This document shows positions 8,312 through 9,992 of a DNA stretch of 9,992 bases, one piece after another. The stretch comes from Anthoceros angustus (Eukaryota > Plantae > Anthocerotophyta), in NCBI GenBank assembly GCA_010909165.1, contig VJWM01000425.1:1-9992 (forward strand), written 5' to 3'. The notes beneath the pieces were generated by a model. The model was given only the letters and a program-made list of their open reading frames with translations, did no database searches and was not told the DNA's origin. Made by a program: the position numbers and the translations under genes. Every line of letters starts with the position of its first letter. The first letter of the stretch is position 1.

Positions 8312-8983
8312 CCTTAGTAAGAAGCAGTTTTGGGAGGCCATCGTGAGCTTCAACATAAAAGGTTCGTGGCAATCAAGGCCAGCCTTAAGTTGACGTAAGT
8401 TTAGCACAATTCATAACATTAATAAGGTTAAAACTATGACCATGTTACCACATTTGAGTGTGTTAGGCATGACATTGCTTAGTTCACGCCACAAAGTTCA
8501 TCAGGGAACAAACAAATGCCTTTGTCTAATCAATGCGTGGTAACTATTTCACATCAACTTCTATTCCCAAGATTTGGTGTAGTTTAGTTCTCCAATTGAC
8601 ATGTTGTACATTAAGAAGGCAAGTGAGAGACTTAATTATTAAGTTGCACAACCATGCCATTTTGTTACTAAGATGGACCAATAATTTGAAAGAAATTCAA
8701 AGATACCACAAAAGAAAATACCAAATATAAATATAATATCGCTACCACAAGAAAACAATTAGAACATGCCGGAAAGGAAATATCATATATCCATTAATAG
8801 TATGTATTACAAGAAAAACAACTTGAACGTGCCATAAAGGAAATATCAAATATCCATTTATAGTACCTATCACAAGAAAACAATTTGAAGATGCTAGAAA
8901 GGAAATATCAAATATCCTCAGATAGTATCTAGTATTCAAGGTCATCTATAAAGGAGCCATCATCTAAGTGGTTGGTTGAGTTG
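8312..8983. repeat. Right arm of the long inverted repeat (partner 1-680); probably extends further right
   Basis: Reverse complement of 1-680. The outer limit is set only by the window edge on the partner arm. Confidence 0.97.
8746..8930. repeat. Three 62-63-bp tandem units (inverted counterpart of 50-240)
   Basis: (C/T)ACAAGAAAA(A)CAA...AAAGGAAATATCA(A/T)ATATCC units start at 8746, 8808 and 8871. Confidence 0.9.
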
Positions 8984-9059
8984 CCCACCGCAACGCTGCA
9001 CCTTAGGAAAGCCTAACAAGAAGTGGTTTGTTAAGTTGCTCATCCTCACGCTCCACCTC
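8966..9059. repeat. Degenerate 55-bp-period duplication upstream of the minisatellite
   Basis: AAGTGGTTGGTTGAGTTGCCCACCGCAACGCTGCACCTT (8966-9004) versus AAGTGGTTTGTTAAGTTGCTCATCCTCACGCTCCACCTC (9021-9059): 30/39 identical, ungapped. Confidence 0.8.
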
Positions 9060-9324
9060 GAACATCTATCAAACAATAAGTGGTATATAAAATTGAACAT
9101 CTATCAAACAATAAGTGCTCAAAATTGAACATCTATCAAACAATAAGTGGTCTATAAAATTGAACATCTATCAAACAATAAGTGCCAGAAATTGAACATC
9201 TATCAAACAATAAGTGGTCAAAATTGAACATCTATCAAACAATAAGTGGTCTATAAAAACATCTATCAAACAATAAGTGGTCTATAAAATTGAACATCTA
9301 TCAAACAATAAGTGGTCTAAAAAT
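9060..9324. repeat. Minisatellite of 8 units of 32-35 bp with an invariant core
   Basis: Core (G)AACATCTATCAAACAATAAGTG at 9060, 9095, 9127, 9162, 9194, 9226, 9258 and 9292, with related tails of 9-12 nt. Confidence 0.98.
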
Positions 9325-9500
9325 CCACAGATTTCATGCGAGATCAAAACACACAGAGATCTCATCATTTTATAAAGGCGAGGTTGTGGGCGGCAAGGAG
9401 GTAAGTGTGTCTTATGTTCCTACTAGTGAAAATCTTTTGAACTTGCTTAAGGCCTTGACCAAAAGTTCATGAGAAACATGTCATTGCTATAGGTGTGTGA
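9319..9500 (+). mobile_element. Decayed Ty1/copia pol C-terminus (RNase H)
   Basis: With small frameshifts this reads KNP-x-FHARSKHTEIS...EVSVSYVPTSENLLNLLKALTKS-HEKHVIAIGV* (TGA at 9498-9500). It matches the copia RNase H tail KNPxFHxRTKHIxI...V.YVPTxxxLADxLTKAL...LGV. Confidence 0.8.
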
Positions 9501-9510
9501 TATTCCTTGT

Positions 9511-9528
9511 GAGAAAAGGAGGGAAAAG
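9511..9528 (+). other. Polypurine-tract-like run directly after the copia pol stop
   Basis: 18 consecutive purines, GAGAAAAGGAGGGAAAAG, 10 nt after the TGA. It is not followed by the canonical LTR TG. Confidence 0.4.
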
Positions 9529-9656
9529 CTCACTAAATTTTCCTACTCTTGTCACCGGTGGGAGGTGATCTAGAATTTCCTTCTCTTCTCCTTTGGTTGT
9601 TTTGAGTCCTTTTGTGTACCTTCTCGGCCTTTAGAGTTTCCTAAGTACACATATTC

Positions 9657-9740
9657 TTGTACATACGAGACAACAAGGCCACTATAGAGCTTGGTCAATC
9701 ATGTAGAAGAGGATTGGGCGACAATGGCGAACATCTTTGG
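9657..9740 (+). mobile_element. Possible second copia RNase H scrap
   Basis: TTG TAC ATA CGA GAC AAC AAG GCC ACT ATA GAG CTT GGT CAA = LYIRDNKATIELGQ, resembling the IYCDNxxAIxLAxN motif. The match is short. Confidence 0.35.
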
Positions 9741-9811
9741 TACTAGAACTGGAGGAGCCGCAAAGGCCCATGAAGATGTTCTCTTTCTTCTGTTTTCCTT
9801 CGGCATGTGAG

Positions 9812-9989
9812 GAGACTCATGTCACTGGTGCACATGTGATTATGAACTCAAGCATGAGGAATCATTCCTTTTAACTTGAGGCTTGAATGCCATTAGCTAC
9901 AAGAGACTCATGTCACAGTGCACATGTGATTATGAACTCAAGCATGAGAATCATTCCTTTTAGCAGGGCTTGAATGCCATTGGCTACAA
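9812..9989. repeat. Two tandem units of 91 and 87 bp
   Basis: GAGACTCATGTCAC...GTGCACATGTGATTATGAACTCAAGCATGAG...GGCTTGAATGCCATT(A/G)GCTACAA at 9812-9902 and 9903-9989. Confidence 0.96.
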
Positions 9990-9992
9990 GTT

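Noticed and set aside
1-8983. DIRS/Ngaro-type element with inverted or split direct repeats
   Set aside because: No reverse transcriptase or tyrosine recombinase motifs are visible, and the repeat order does not match ITR-ICR or A1-B1-A2-B2 layouts.
9060-9324. CRISPR-like array (constant 23-nt core plus variable tails)
   Set aside because: The tails are only 9-12 nt and are clearly variants of one another. There are no cas genes and the context is eukaryotic copia sequence.

Overview
This looks like eukaryotic, probably land-plant, repeat-rich DNA (inferred from Ty1/copia and F-box-like remnants). I see no intact recognisable gene, RNA gene or CRISPR array. The window is dominated by nested duplications. 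A ~680-bp inverted repeat pair (1-680, left arm cut by the window edge, versus 8312-8983) encloses a ~2.4-kb direct repeat pair (713-3130 and 5399-7816). The left junction between the two repeat types is a near-perfect 16-18-bp snap-back hairpin (690-728). The direct repeat starts inside a frameshifted F-box-like gene (~4838-5870, +), and an older inverted paralog of that gene lies at ~3950-4360 (-). The right end holds an 8-unit 32-35-bp minisatellite that runs into a decayed copia RNase H C-terminus with a PPT-like tract, a second RNase H-like scrap, and an 87-91-bp tandem repeat. Differences between repeat copies are mostly small indels at CG dinucleotides and homopolymers. That pattern suggests methylation-linked long-read basecalling error, so the frameshifts and apparent divergence may be partly artefactual. 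All alignments were done by eye. I cannot support a genuinely new biological system here; the best leads are the rearrangement architecture and the origin of the minisatellite.
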